From Chlorokybus atmophyticus (lineage: Eukaryota > Plantae > Mesostigma and Chlorokybus algae), in NCBI GenBank assembly GCA_009103225.1, contig RHPI01003599.1, forward strand, positions 219,463 to 283,462: a stretch of DNA of 64,000 bases. The letters run 5' to 3'. This document shows positions 38,350 through 52,364 of this stretch, piece after piece; position 1 is the first letter of the stretch, and the number at the start of each line of letters is the position of its first letter. Under the pieces are notes generated by a model. The model had not been told where the DNA came from. It searched no databases and worked only from the letters and a program-made list of their open reading frames with translations. Made by a program: the position numbers and the translations under genes.

Positions 38350-40269
38350 CCGTTGTTGCTCGTGCCCACATAGTGAGGTAAAAACCTCTGGCTGTTGGAC
38401 ATGCCGCTCATAAGCAGCTACGATGCGTCTACATTGCCGCGCTGCTTCCACCCCTGGCAACCTCAGTATGGCCTCTTTAGCTCCTTCAAAGGTGTCAGTA
38501 GCTGCCGAGGCAACCTCGTCATAGGCTTGCCGTAGCGAGCGCAGGAAGGCGTCCAACCAGAGCAATCAGGTGCCGAATGCGAACAGGGGGACTGCGGGGT
38601 GATTGGTGACTAGCCAAGTCACTAGTCTTGCTTGAGCTGCATTACCACCTTCTCGCATCCCCAACATCCGTCTCAGGCCGATGCCTTGTTGTTGACGTAG
38701 CATGGTTGCTTGTCACAAAAGAGCAGTGCGAAGTTGTTGTTCTCCGATTAAGCCTGCTCCATCTTGTTGTGTCCACCCTTGTGGTGTGAGGTAGCCTCTC
38801 CCTGGATCCTGTTGATCGTCAGGAAAGTATTCCAACAATGCGGGTAGCAGCGGGGCGATCACCCCCCTGGTTTGTTGGGCCAGCGCCCGATCAATGTCGG
38901 GCTCACCGACGAAAGGTGTCGTGCTGAATGATGGGCCAGCGACTGTTGATCGAAGAACGCCAGCGCGAGCATTGGCAAGGGCTTGCGCTCTTGCATTAAC
39001 TGCTGACGCTTGGTCCTGTCGCCAGGTGAACGCCTGTTCCAGAGCAATGTAGCGCTCATGAAGCGGAACGGTACTGAGGGGCCTATGTGCTTCGTTGTCA
39101 CCCAAAGGCATGTTGGCTGCATCAGCGATGTGCTGCTGTACTTTGGGTTATCGGTCCCAATACATGTCCAGCGGGCTTGGCTCGAAAGGTTCATGACGGA
39201 CTGGTGCGGACTGGCATGGCGCAGTCTGCATGTCGTTAAGCTGAGTCCAAAACAGCTGTAGTGCCAACTCCGGTACAACAGATGTTCTGACCACAAAAAC
39301 GCGGTCTCGCATGGGGCGCGCCGTGCCACCGAGGATTTCATCCAGTTGCCGATGTGTCTGTTCTGATAGGGTGTGATATTCAGGCAGTGGGAAGAATTGG
39401 TCACCACGTTCAATGCGTGTTGTGCGCCCTCTCTCGCGCCCACAAGCAATGGTAGTGGAATCTGCTCCACGCATGATGGTCTCCCATGCGCTCTTAGCTT
39501 GCTGACCTCGCGGGACAGCTTGAGTGACGTCGAGGGCGGCCAATATAGCTGCGCGCATCCCTGCAGTGGCAGGCTCGACGATGGCACTGCCGGTGGTGGC
39601 GAGAGTGTCGCTTCGTGGCGCGAGTGTGGTCTCAATGCTCGCTGACGCAGGTGGTCCTGCAGTTGGAGCGGGACCGGCGCGACTTGCTGCTGCAGGGTCG
39701 GTGCCAGCTGTGGCTGTTGTCAGCGTGCTCACCAGTGTTGGTATCATGGCGCTCGCTGATGTACCACCTTCTGGTGCAACTGGAGTAGTTGCTGCTGGCG
39801 TTGACGGAGTCGCCGTCGTAGCCGGTATAGCTGTTGCTGCTAGTGCAGCACCACTGGTGGCTTTGCAAGAGGTGGCTGGTGACGATGTTGCGGCTTCCCC
39901 TCGAACTCGTCGGGATGGTTGAATGCGTGACGGAGCGCGGGTGTCTCGCGTGCGCTTTGGAGGCATCAGTTCCCACCGGACAGAGTAGCAGGCGCGGTAG
40001 TCCTGCTTCTTGTCTTCCTCTAAGCGTGCCATACGCACCATAAGGGCAGCCATATGGTCATCAGCTGGCGGGTTGGCTGGAGCTTTGGCGGCAACAGCAG
40101 CAGCGCGCGGAGGAGGGCAATTCTCCCCCCCTGTAGCCTTGCTCGTCCTTGCGAGCGCTGGCGTAGTTGTTGGTGTTGTTATGACCTCCGCTATGGTTGC
40201 TGTTGTAGCCACCAGAGTTGTTGCCGTTGTAGCTGTTTGCGGGTCTTAACTCTGGGAATTTGAGTCAGC

Positions 40270-41528
40270 AGACTGACTCCAAGTGGCCTGTCTTGTGACA
40301 GTAGTCGCAGACTATAGTTGAGTACTCTTCGGTGCACTCTTTTTGATTGTGCCCATGCCGTCCATAGCGATGACACAGCACAGGGGCAGGCAAAGCAGTA
40401 TGCGCTGACCGTTTTTTTTGTCGCGTGCTGGTGGAGCGTCCCGGCCATGTTCGCGACGAGGAGGCTTGGTAGTTGTGCTGGCTACAGGCAGTGAGGCGCT
40501 GCGGTTGGTGTCCAGCACTGCCTTCTCATACACCAAGCGCTTATGGATGGCTTGTGCAGCCTCAAAAGCTTCCTTGAGCGTGTAGCCAAGGGGCCTGCTG
40601 TAATTCAAGGTCAGGCGCGTCGACTCGCTTAGGGTGGCATCCAACTCATTGACATATACCACTGAAGCCGCCTCGTCACTGACGATCTTGTAGTCTGTGT
40701 CCTTTAACAGACCTTCCAGTCTGGAGTACAGGCGTAGAGGGTCCTCGTTGGGCTTATGTCGGAACCGCCTCACCTCCTCCACTTTACTAGTGGTCTGCGG
40801 TGGGAAGGTGCGACGAAGTGCAGCGTATAGGTCCTTAAGGAGTGGAGAGTCAGAGATGGCAGCACCTACAGTGATGGCGGGTGCGCGCAGTGCAACTGAC
40901 CCGAGGGTGAAAGCACTGCCTCCCAAACGAGAGCCAGGTGTTGCCAAAGGTAGAGGTGTGCCCACCTCAACGGCTGCAGTTCGTTGTTCTTGAAAGATAG
41001 CAGCAGAACAGTCCAGGATCCGGGCCCGTTGCGCGGCCGTTTCGATCTCAATCTCTTCAGGGGTCAGGTTGATGATTACCAACTCAGGTTCCTCCTCCTC
41101 TGCCCTGTCAATGGCTGCCGCTATGGACAAACCGGTGACTGCAGCGGGAGTGGTAGGTGGAAAGACGGCTGCTGGACTGTGGAATGACGCAGACGCTATG
41201 GTGCTGGCGAGCTTGCCATAGCCATCAACTCGATGCAGTTCAGCAACAGACTTTCAAACATCATGTGCTTCATGGTCTCATACTGAGCAGCAATGTGACA
41301 AGAAATCTCATCTGACCAGTCTTTGTTCTTCAGAGCCTGCTGTCGCATCTTGGAATGGAATTTCATGATGAATTCGTCAAGCGAGGTAGTGCCAGCACGT
41401 CTGAAAAAGCGCAGGGACGTGGTTGAGCGGGAATAATCCATTTCGTAGTCGTGACTGTCGGACGAGAGTTGGGAAGCTCGATGTCGAGGAGTAGACAAGA
41501 ACGGAGTGAAGTCGGAGACAGATTGCAA
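40270..41528 (-). pseudogene. gag of the gypsy element
   Basis: Retrotransposon gag-like stretch LRRTFPPQTTSKVEEVRRFRHKPNEDPLRLYSRLEGLL. Two zinc knuckles: CHRYGRHGHNQKEC (degenerate) and CDYCHKTGHLESVC. Confidence 0.75.
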
Positions 41529-44500
41529 GCCTCTGCTGCTGCAATTGTTGCTCCCGTCGCTAGTCCGCTCGTAGGTGAGATTGGAGGTTGGGCTCTAGCT
41601 GCTGAGGTCACCCTCGCCTATTGGAGAGAACGGGGTGGGCCTGCTTATACAGTTAGTCCACAGGTGAAAGTGTATGCAGAGTAGAGTGTTTGTGCTCTAC
41701 TGCCAATCTCAATGCCGCTACCACTCACCACACTCATGCTTGTGTGTGCACTATGTAATGACAATGATAACAAATGCACAGGGATGTGTCCCCATATACA
41801 GACTGCACTGTTTGATGCAGAATGCAACGCACTCACTTAAGCAAAGAGGGTGACACTGTGAGTCAACAAGCCACTACTATAGGTAGTGCTGTTTACACAG
41901 TTCTTTGCACGAGCGGAGAATGTGTTACACTGTTAAGTGAAGTGAATGAGCAAGCAACACGTGGATACTATGCCCTAACTAATGCCAACAAACACACTGC
42001 AACCAGGCACACCAAGCTCACAGCAATGACAAGCACGATGCACACGAGTATGCACAGGCTCTCACACAGTGAAGGGGTTTCTTGGTAACCGGGATGGCGT
42101 GTTCGCAGTTCAAGTCAATTCACAAGCTCTTAGCTTTCTCACTCACAGTGTCACCAGCTGATCCGGTGAACACTGTGACTACTTATACAAGTCAAATCAT
42201 GACTGTTCAAAACATAAGCTAACGGTTATATCGAGGCTATTTCCACAGCAATCGCCACTCGATATAGAACACAACTTATAACTGAACTCACAACTGAACA
42301 GCTACGCGCGGTGCCTATGTAGGCTATGTTCGTGAGCTACTCTGGAGTCATGACCTAGCTACTGGTTAGTGACGCGCGCGCGCTGGTAGGCTGGTAGGCT
42401 GGTAGGCCGGGCGATGGGTTCGATGTAGACATGCTCGATGAAGGCTGGTATGCGTGGGCACTAGGCATGACAAGTGTGCACGTGCGTGCATGCGCGCGTG
42501 CGTCACACACCGCTGGATGCAAGCGTGCGTGCACGGATCGTTGATAACGATTTGTGAGTAGAGGATGAAGGGAAGAAGGAAGAGCACGCGGTTGTCAGTA
42601 GCTGCGCGTATGTGCATAGGTGTGTGCGTGTGCACTCGCACACATGGTCGCAAGCACACGCATGACAATGTGCATGCATTTATTCTAACAAGCATTCAAT
42701 GATTCGGCAAGAGCAATACATACAGCGGTGTGAGTGCTTGTAGTCGTTCACACACATGAGTACTCACGAGCATTCATGAAGACCCAGAAGGGACATACAT
42801 GCAATTTTGTTGCTTGCAAAGCGCATGGTGCATGTGAGTATGTGCGTGTGTGTGTTTCGGTTATTCAAGGGAAAGGGGAGAGCGATGGGTCATTAATGGT
42901 TGTGTGTACGTGCATAGGTGGGTACACGTGCATTGTTATAAAACTACAACTAGTCATGACAACATGTAGTTGCTTCCACGAAATGTGGCAGTTTGAAGAC
43001 GATTTCGTCCCTTCTTAACGAGCTAACAGCCACGTGGCAAATCATAATTAAGCAAACTACTTTTATATGAATCAAATGGATCTCGCGGAAATAAGTTGTC
43101 TCTATTTTACATGCTACTCAATTGACTCACAATTCGTATGCAAATGCACTGTGTATATGTACCAATATACGCACGGGGTGTGTAAGCCGCACATCCACAT
43201 TATGTTGTATGAGCATCGTAGTTTTACACTAGCCTCCTATGTGTGTGGGCACATGCAAGATTGTTGTAGGCGCAACCACAATGTTGTGAAGTGGGTATGA
43301 ATGAGCCATTTATAACTTGAGTAATGGATGCACACGACGATTCAATTTTCAATGGTAAATAGTCAACCCATAATATATGTTAACATTACATTGAATCCAC
43401 CGCTTAATAATGGCTATGTGATGTTGCTTTGATGTAGCTAACGGCTTTATATGTACATATAAGTTTCGTCCATACTTTGTAGCTTGATAGCACACATAAT
43501 TTTTGCAATACCTGCTTTTCAACCTTGGTATAATTATGCTATCATGTTTTTACGGCAGATTTGCGAATTAATTGCTTTTAAAGCGCTGCTATGGCTCAAG
43601 ATAATTACATCATTAACCAAAGGGCCGTCTGAGGCCTAGCACTTTATATTACATTACACGATAACAACAACATGTCAGCTCAAGATAAATAGACATTGCA
43701 CTCAAATGGGGACTACAAATAAACTATTTTTTGCATAAAACAAACACGTAAATAATGGCACGATTGTATACGGCGTGGGCATGAGCCCTTACAACAAATC
43801 TAGCCTTCTTTAGGCTCATGCGCTGAGCCATGCTGCTGCTGGTTGAGCTGAGCATGTCGGCGAACACCTCTCATCAATGGCAACACCAACCCCTCCACGC
43901 AAAACAACTCCAGCTCCTTGATGGACGGAGACCAATTGCCTGCATACTTAGCGCTGAAGCTGAGCCCGCCGTTCGGAGCAGGCTGCCATAAGAATGCATT
44001 GAATTAAAAAGCTGTCAATGGATTGCATTGCTGTTTGATTAGGGTTTTCTCAGCAGGTCGCTGGCCTAGCAGCGGCGAAGGTCACTGGCGGCGGCGAGAG
44101 CTGGGAAAAGGTCAACAGAGCAAAGTTGCAGCCGGGTTGTTGAGTCTGCCTCAGAAGGTAAGTGTTTGCTATGCAGCCCAGTCTAACCACTAGATGTCCA
44201 ATAGGTTGCAAACTTCTGTCGGTACCTTGCAATTGAACAGCTGGCAATAATTGCTGCTTGCTGTCCAATTGCAAGGTGCGCTCTGTGGTTTATTTATTGC
44301 TGTGCAACCATGCTATTTTAGCAATCCCTAGACATCACATTTGTGTAATAGTGTACAGCCCTATGTGCTATTCAAGGCCCACACAGCCGCTGTGCTCAGT
44401 GGTTTGTTGCTGTGCAGGCAGGCTACATATATTTCACTAGTACCTAAACAGCACATGCGTGTAATTAGGTACAGCCATATGTGCTATTTGAAAGCCCACA

Positions 44501-45636
44501 CAGCCGAGACATGCCAGCTTCTTGCAAGGCTCTTATGAGCTGCGTTTTGGCACTGCTGCTGCGCGCATGTAGTAACCACATCATCTACGTCTAAGAGCCA
44601 GCATCATCTACCATAATTCACGTGTGCATGCCAGAGCTGTGCGCAAAAGACAACGCAAGCATGCAACCTTTCCATCGCGACAGCAAGCATGATGAAGTGT
44701 ACTGCGCTTGCGATAGTTGTTAAGGGCTTCACCCGACACCAGTCAACGTGCGCACAAGTACTTAACATTTTTAGAAGTATGAACATGGTAAGCGTTGCTG
44801 CTGTTGCACTGCAGATTGTGCTAGCATCGTGTATGAAGTTGTGTTTATATGATCAGAATACAGCACTGGCACGCGTCGAACCTCCTTGAGATCCTCCTTG
44901 AGATTATGTGTAATGCAGTCCAACCGTGCCAGTGCTGGCGGTCAACACCAACAGGTGCATCACCAGGTAAGGCAGCACTAAACTATCAAGTTATGAAATG
45001 TGACTGGTCCGAGCTAGCTAACTGTGCGACACACAATGTCATCGTGCGCGCGCACATTCTTTAATGGAACGACTGCATAAGTGCACAAAACACATGAACC
45101 CAAAGGTTTATACGTGCATGGCAAGCCACAATTGATCCTGACTGATCCTGATCCTCCTCCCTCTACGAGATGTGAAGTTATGAGGCAAGGTGTTCGTGAA
45201 GCTACCTTACGCGAGGCTCGCAAGCAATACAATGTGAGTGGGGCTGGTGCAGACACATCACTTGCCGGCGTTGATAAAGAGCGGCAAATCAATTCAGGTG
45301 TTGCCGATGCGAGCTTGCCTGTTTCTTACATGAGCTAGCAAAGAGAGGGTAGCAACAAATAACTAACTTGGAATGAGCAGTTTTGGAGGAGGCACCTAGT
45401 GATATAGGCGAGTGCAACGCTACGCATTTGCATGTACAATGAAGTCATGCTAATAGCTGCCAGGACGTGGCGCATGCCAACATGTATGCAAACTGTTGTA
45501 GAGTTACCAGAGGACAACATGATTGGGTGACGTCAGGAGATCCAGCGCAGTGAGAGCCCCGTGTTTTAGATGCTGTATTTCATGCAAGCATGTATGTGCA
45601 GAGGTTCTAGCAAGTAGCCGCAGGCCACCATAGGCC

Positions 45637-45840
45637 CCGCTCAACGACATGGCTTCACTTAGCCCCCAACGACCCCTCCGCCCTCTAACGGTATGCGCGC
45701 AGCCTCATGCTTCCACCCTCAGAGCTCTTGCTCAACGACATGACTTCGTTCAACCCCCAACGTTGGGGGTTAACGACCCCTCCGCCCTCGATGGCTCTGC
45801 ACGCAGCCTCCTACCTTCCGCCCTCGCAGATCTTCAGCTC
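45637..45840 (+). repeat. Degenerate ~100-bp tandem duplication
   Basis: gctcaacgacatg.cttc...aacgacccctccgccctc...gcagcctc occurs twice. Confidence 0.6.
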
Positions 45841-46590
45841 ACACCGCCCCTATAGTTTCTGCCCTCCTGCGCTCCGCTCCATCCTGACCCGCAATAGCCA
45901 AGCTCTTTCTTGCCGTCCGCATCAGCCCTCACTTTTTACCCAACCCCTTCCGCCTTCAAGGCCCCAGCCGTCACCGTCCCTTTGCAACTTTAGCCAAGCC
46001 CGGCATTGCAATCTTCGTCGGCTCCGAGAGCTTAGCCGGGCCGTGCATGTTCTGGTAATTCACAATGACAATGAAAACCAAAGTAGCTTGTTGCACATTC
46101 AGTTGCATCTGCGGAAATGGTAGGCATACAACCATTGCGTTGCATTCCGTGTTGCTATAGCTAAGCACACGGCACGTGCTGCTTTAGGGCCTAAAGTACA
46201 ACCATTGCAACTGACAGTAATCATCACCATGCGCAAGGTGTGCGCACATATTGATTAAGACGCATGTGTCTTAGTTTAAACATGCATGACCTTCAGCTGT
46301 ATGCACAGCGGCATGTTGGCTGCAGACTCTTACAGTAACACTCACACCTCATGAAGCATTGTTGCATTGAGGTTAGGTAAGGTGCAAGCGTGAGATGTTG
46401 TTTAAGATGTAAACGACTTACACTACATGCATGCTACTAGTTCAGACGTTTTTAACTTGACATTAACTAACAATCACTGCACATAAGACGTCTTAAAAGG
46501 GCTAAATTTGGTTGTGAGCTCGTTGCATTTCTCGGCAAGAGGCAGAGCAACTCTCTCTTTGTCCTCCGGAGGGGAGTGGACATCTCCATC

Positions 46591-46895
46591 ATGGCTGTAA
46601 GGGCGCCTTCTTCCTCCCGTACAGCGCTGCTGCCGGTGGCGCTGCTCCTCTGCCTTGAAGATGCTGCTGTGATGGCTACGCCGATGGCAACCAATAGCGT
46701 CAAAGGCAGCCGCAAGCTGCTGCAGGCGCCGCCCTGCGACAAATCTCCCACATGTCCACCTGCACCTCCAAGCCCACCTAATGACTGCGAGGCTGATGAT
46801 GTTGAAGGAACCCCTCATGCTCAACAAGTTGAAGCTCCTCCTATATACAATTCCTGTGACTGCTAGTGAGGCAGACAAGCTTGGACCCACCCAAG

Positions 46896-46948
<53 letters not shown>

Positions 46949-46968
46949 NNNNNNNNNNNNNNNNNNNN

Positions 46969-47020
<52 letters not shown>

Positions 47021-47249
47021 CTCGCTCGCTCTCGTCCGTCTGTCTGTCTGTCTCTTACCCTGGGTCACTCAGACTCTGCGTTGCAATTCGTATTATGAAT
47101 GCGTTAACGGCGAGGCTGTGGCCTTCCTCCAAGGAACGGAAATAGTGTGTGTGGCTGTGGGAATTTCGGAGATAGACGCGGAGCCGCTTAACGACGAGAA
47201 GCCGCGTGTAGAAGAAAATCTTTGCTTCAATTGTCCGCTCAATAAGTGA
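46591..47249 (+). pseudogene. CBM14-like secreted protein paralogue 2, splice acceptor lost
   Basis: Exon 1 MAVRAPSSSRTALLPVALLLC...GSRKLLQAPPC...NSCDC with donor GTGAGG at 46866. (CT)n intron. The acceptor aligned to the intact copy (ttgcag|g) reads ttgcaa|t at 47081-47087. Exon 2 reads SYYECVNG...CFNCPLNK*. Confidence 0.65.
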
Positions 47250-49790
47250 GTTTTCTGCCCGCTCGGCTGCAAGCTCTCTCCCCACTGAGTAATCTAGCCC
47301 TGGCGCTGGCCGGCCATTCAAGACATCATTGGATATACTACTCGGAGGCTTCCATCTTTGATGCTGTTGTCTTTCTCTATCCCCCTTCCCCCACACCCCC
47401 ACCGATCGATCTCTCCTTGTCGTCGAGTTAGTGACCCCATGCATTTATTGACTTTGTTGGCAGTCATCCGTCTCCCAATCTCCTCTCCTCTAGCCACCAG
47501 CTCGGCCGGTGGGCTGCTAGCGGCTGCAGCGTCAATAGGGCCCGCCTGTAGGCAGCCCGTGGAGCGGCGGCAAGGTATCTTCGTCTCTCTGTAAGAGACA
47601 CATGACGCACCAGAACGTACAGTACGCGTCACATACCTGAACACATGCAGGGACGCAGCACGCAAGCACACATGAAAACGCACCAACCCTCACACGCATC
47701 ACGCACACAGAAACCGTGCGTTTTTACCAAATAGCACCAACATAAACATGCACAAACTCACGTACACACTGCACGCACACAGCCACACGCATACATGCAG
47801 TACTGTTGCCTCTTTTGCTGCTTTTTACCCGTCTCCCACCCTCATCTTTCCTCCCACACCCAGCTCCGCCAGTGGGCTGCTGGAGGCCCCTTAGGCAGCA
47901 GGCAACGCCGGTGGATTGGCGGCAGCAGTGGCGCTGCAACGGTGGCAACCGAACTTCAGTTGTTTAAGAACACACCCACATATAACCAACTACATGCACG
48001 CACACATAGCATGCACTCACACACTAACACACGCACACCTACCTGCCTGCTCTTCTCCAGCCCTTACCTGCACACATGCCAGTCAGCCCCCCCTCCCCCC
48101 TCCCCCCCCCGATATAGAACACAACTTATAACTGAACTCACAACTGNNNNNNNNNNNNNNNNNNNNNNNNNNNNNNNNNNNNNNNNNNNNNNNNNNNNNN
48201 NNNNNNNNNNNNNNNNNNNNNNNNNNNNNNNNNNNNNNNNNNNNNNNNNNNNNNNNNNNNNNNNNNNNNNNNNNNNNNNNNNNNNNNNNNNNNNNNNNNN
48301 NNNNNNNNNNNNNNNNNNNNNNNNNNNNNNNNNNNNNNNNNNNNNNNNNNNNNNNNNNNNNNNNNNNNNNNNNNNNNNNNNNNNNNNNNNNNNNNNNNNN
48401 NNNNNNNNNNNNNNNNNNNNNNNNNNNNNNNNNNNNNNNNNNNNNNNNNNNNNNNNNNNNNNNNNNNNNNNNNNNNNNNNNNNNNNNNNNNNNNNNNNNN
48501 NNNNNNNNNNNNNNNNNNNNNNNNNNNNNNNNNNNNNNNNNNNNNNNNNNNNNNNNNNNNNNNNNNNNNNNNNNNNNNNNNNNNAAGCATAGATGCCACC
48601 CATGCGCATGCATACACGCACGCATACACACAGCGCCTGCCTTTCCCTTTCCCTAAATCTACCGCATGGCTGCAAACGTACGCACACCCGACTGCACATC
48701 ACTCTATGCACGCATGCTCTCACTGCCACACAGCCCCTGCCAACTCTCACCCTACCCGGTCACACCTCCACTTTTCTCTCGAACATTCCGTTTTCTCCCT
48801 CCCACGCTAGCCCAGCCGGCGGCCAGACTTCCACCCCATGCCACTCCTGTCCTGTTAGCTAGGCTGATATGTTGTCAGGCCATTGACTTGTTACTCAGGT
48901 TCTCAGACATCGACACAGCTGTGAAGAGGGTAGCTGCAACTTGCGTGGCATGATGCAGAATATACCAATGCGCAAGCCCTGTTTATCATGTTGTCTTTGC
49001 CTGTTTGTACATACATGTTTTCCACTCCTTGGTCAAACATCTGCCCAAGGACACAAGCCGTCAATAGTGGAAGTGTGCAAGTGCACAAGCACACAAATTG
49101 TGCACTTTAAAAGTAATACAATCCACTAATTTTGCCCCGTTAAGTTTTAAGTGCTTAACGTGAAGTATTCAGCTTAAACAAAAGCTCTCCACACACCTCT
49201 CAGCTAGACACTTGCTTTGAAACATACCGCACGCGAATTCACGCGACGGTTCACAAGCTATAGCAACTCCAAGTTTTCACTTTGTACAACTCAGCTCAAC
49301 TCACAATTGCATTTGACAAACAAAATGCTAAAATCTCGTTGAATTGGCCCTACATGCCGATATCGACAAGTTGTGAGTCGTGAGTTCCATATCGGCCGCA
49401 CAAAATGACTCTGACAGCCCCTTCGCACTGACGGCACGACAGCCGATGTTGCCACTGGACTGCCTCACAAGGGTTGATAAAGTAAAACTATTATGTTCAA
49501 ACCCTTCACCACACCACCACGAATCCACATGGTGGCAAGCCCACAAGCATACACAAGTGTACAATGTTGTTGTGATTCACATATGATGTGCTGGGCATGC
49601 AATGCTTAGAGGAGAGGCTTGAGTGGCCGCCTCCCCTAACAGCAAGCTAGGCTAGGCTAGGCCAGGCCAGCTAGGCTAGGCTAGGTTAAACAAACAAGCA
49701 TGGCTAACCTACACCAGCAACATCGACTAAATTACAACAACAACTAGCTATCAACCACCACTACCCACCCAAGTGGGTAGCAGCTGCTAG

Positions 49791-52360
49791 TTACCGCCGC
49801 CACCGCCGCTGCCGCCTGACGCCACTACCGGCTGCTGCCACACAGCCGCCCAAGCAGTCACCGCCCCCCACAGACCCCTCGCCGCCATGCCATAGCAGCC
49901 CCTCCTTTAATGCCCAAAGGCCACTATGCTCAGTCCCATTCTCCGGCGCCTTGATGGGCTTGTCACCTACCGCGTCCTCGTGCAACAAGGCTTGGATCTG
50001 GTCCAAACACTCGGGCTGCACTTGCACCACCATTTTGAGCGCATTGAGTTGGCGACCGAACGCGTTCGCCACCTTTTTCGAAGAGCCGGGCTTGTACTTT
50101 ACTTTACAGTCAAGAAGTTGGAAGAACTCAAGCCAACGAGCTTGCCGATGCGAGAGATGAGGCTGGGTTCGAAGGTACCTCAATGGGGAGTGGTCCGTTG
50201 CAAGTGTGAAGCGCTTGCCTTCAAGGCCATTACCGTAGTGCTAGCACCCGCGCCAGCAATTCCTTCTCCTGAACGGGGTAGTTAAGCTCAGCCCCGCTCA
50301 TCTTGTTGCTGAAGTAGGCCACCGGTTGCAAGCCATTGCCGTGATCTAGCTGCAAAATTGCCCCAATGGCCTTGTCGGACGTATCGCACGCCACCACGAA
50401 GGGCAATTGCATGTTGGGGTTGCAGCAGCACGGGAGCCGTTGTCAGGGCCTCTTCAAGTTGGAAAATGCCTTCGTTGCAGCCTCCAATCAGCTCCAAGCC
50501 ACCCCCTTCCTTAGCAATGCTGTCAACGGTGCCGCCAAGTGCAAAAAGCCCTTTACAAACTTGCAATAGTAGCCGGCAAGCCCTAGGAACCACATGACAC
50601 CCTTCACATCCTTCGGAGTAGCCCAATCGCGCATCGTGGCAATCCTGTTCGGGTCCGCCTTGATTCCTTGCTGGGAAACAATGTGGCCAAGGTACGCTAC
50701 CTTTTCAAACAAGAAGCGGCATTGATTGAGCTGAGCGAACAACTTGTATATTCGGACACGCTGCGTCACCTTACGTAGCAACGCCACGTGCTCCTTCTTG
50801 CTTTTCGTGTACACTAGGATGTGGTCGAGGTACACTAGCATACCCTTGCCGATCAGATCAGCAAACACCTCATTCCTCAAAATTTGAAAGGTTGCCGGAT
50901 CGTTTGTCATGCCAAAGGACATTACCAACCACTTGTAGTGGCCGTAGGGAGTGTTGAAAGCCATCTTCTCAACGTCTTCGAGCGCACGGATCTGATAGTA
51001 GCCACCAACGAGCCACCAAGCTTGAAAAGAACTCACCCTTCAGCTGCTCCAACAACTCATCAATGCATGGCAAAGGGAACACATTCTTTTTGGTGATGTT
51101 GTTGAGTGGCCGATAGTCAATGCACATTGCGTAAGGCTCCGCTCTTCTTTTTACGTACGAATAGGATAGGTGCACCGTAAGGATTGTTGCTGTGCCTGAT
51201 GTACCCACGTTGTGGAACGTCCTCGACTTGGCTCCTCGCCTCTTCGAGCTCAACCGGAGACAATTTGTCACCGGTCGATACGGCAGCTTGTGCACGCCCT
51301 CAATCACACGGTGATCAACACTTCGCGTGGGTGGCAGACCAGCTGGTAGCCCATCCACCATGGCGTCTTGGAACTTAAGCAATTTCTGCACCTCGGGGTC
51401 CTCCGAACTCTTCAAAATAGTGTTGACCAGCTCCAAGTCCGACTTGGGAGGTGTCTCACGCACCAGGCACAACCATGCATCCTTCACATCGTTCCCGGAC
51501 CACATCTGCTCCATCTCAATCTTAGAAGCTCCTCCTACTGGCGCATAGCCGTCCGCTAAAGCCACCGAGCCAGCATCTGCCCATGACGGCCACTTGTGCC
51601 GACGCGCAACCTCGCGACTCATGAAGTTGCTGTTCGCGCCGCAATCCACTAGCATCTTACACTCCATCCAACGCCTATTGCACTCACGTATGGAAATCAT
51701 GACTCCCAACAGCTGCCTCGCTTTGTCAAGCACACGAACCATACCGCTTTGCATTGCCGTTGCGCACATGCCGCCAACCGTTAACAACGCTTCCACGCCA
51801 GCCGCTGGACCTTCGACATTTTAATGAGGCTGCATCACCACCCCAGTAGGAGCCTCTCAAGCTACTGAGGTGAGCCGTTTCCCGGCTGCAACATATCCTC
51901 CTCCACCATGTTCACGTGTCCACCGCCGCGAGTGTTGCCGGCAAGTGCAGCAGACTTTGCCTTAAAAATGGGGCAGCTAGAGCGCACATGATCAACGGAA
52001 GTGCACTCCCAACACTTTCAAACTGCCTTGGAATCTCGACCCCTTGTCCCCTTCTTGCAGACATGGAGAGCACCAAACTCCATTGGAATCGCCCCGAACC
52101 AGCCCCATGAGCTGCTGCAGCTCCCGAACCAGCCCCAACAGATGCGTACGAGCGATATGAACCTTCACGAGACTGATTGAAGTGTCCACGATTAGCGTAT
52201 TTGGCAGTCTCTTTGAAGTACAACACATCCGTATGCTCGGCGATGCGAATGGCCTTAGCGAGAGTCTTGGCGTAACGAAGCTCAACTTCCTTGCAATAAA
52301 GAGTCTTCAACCCGCGCGTGTAGCGGTCTAGCTGCTCCTCCTCACACACCGCTTGACGTT
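49791..52360 (-). mobile_element. Truncated, decayed Ty3/gypsy (chromovirus-like) gag-pol, integrase missing
   Basis: gag EQLDRYTRGLK, PMEFGA and knuckle CWECTSVDHVRSSC; protease MLVDCGANSNF; RT CIDYRPLN, MSFGMTNDPATFQ, VYLDHILVY; RNase H CDTSDKAIGAIL, NYPVQEKELL, RQARWLEF. Confidence 0.9.
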
Positions 52361-52364
52361 CAAG

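Larger units (their letters stand above)
30642..41660 (-). mobile_element. Decayed Ty3/gypsy retrotransposon with order gag - accessory region - protease - C5 DNA methyltransferase - RT - RNase H - integrase - PHD
   Basis: Domain motifs in gypsy order, with frameshifts and stops (see sub-features). Purine tract cagggggggtggc (minus strand) at ~30640. Matching LTR pair not identified, so boundaries are approximate. Confidence 0.85.
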
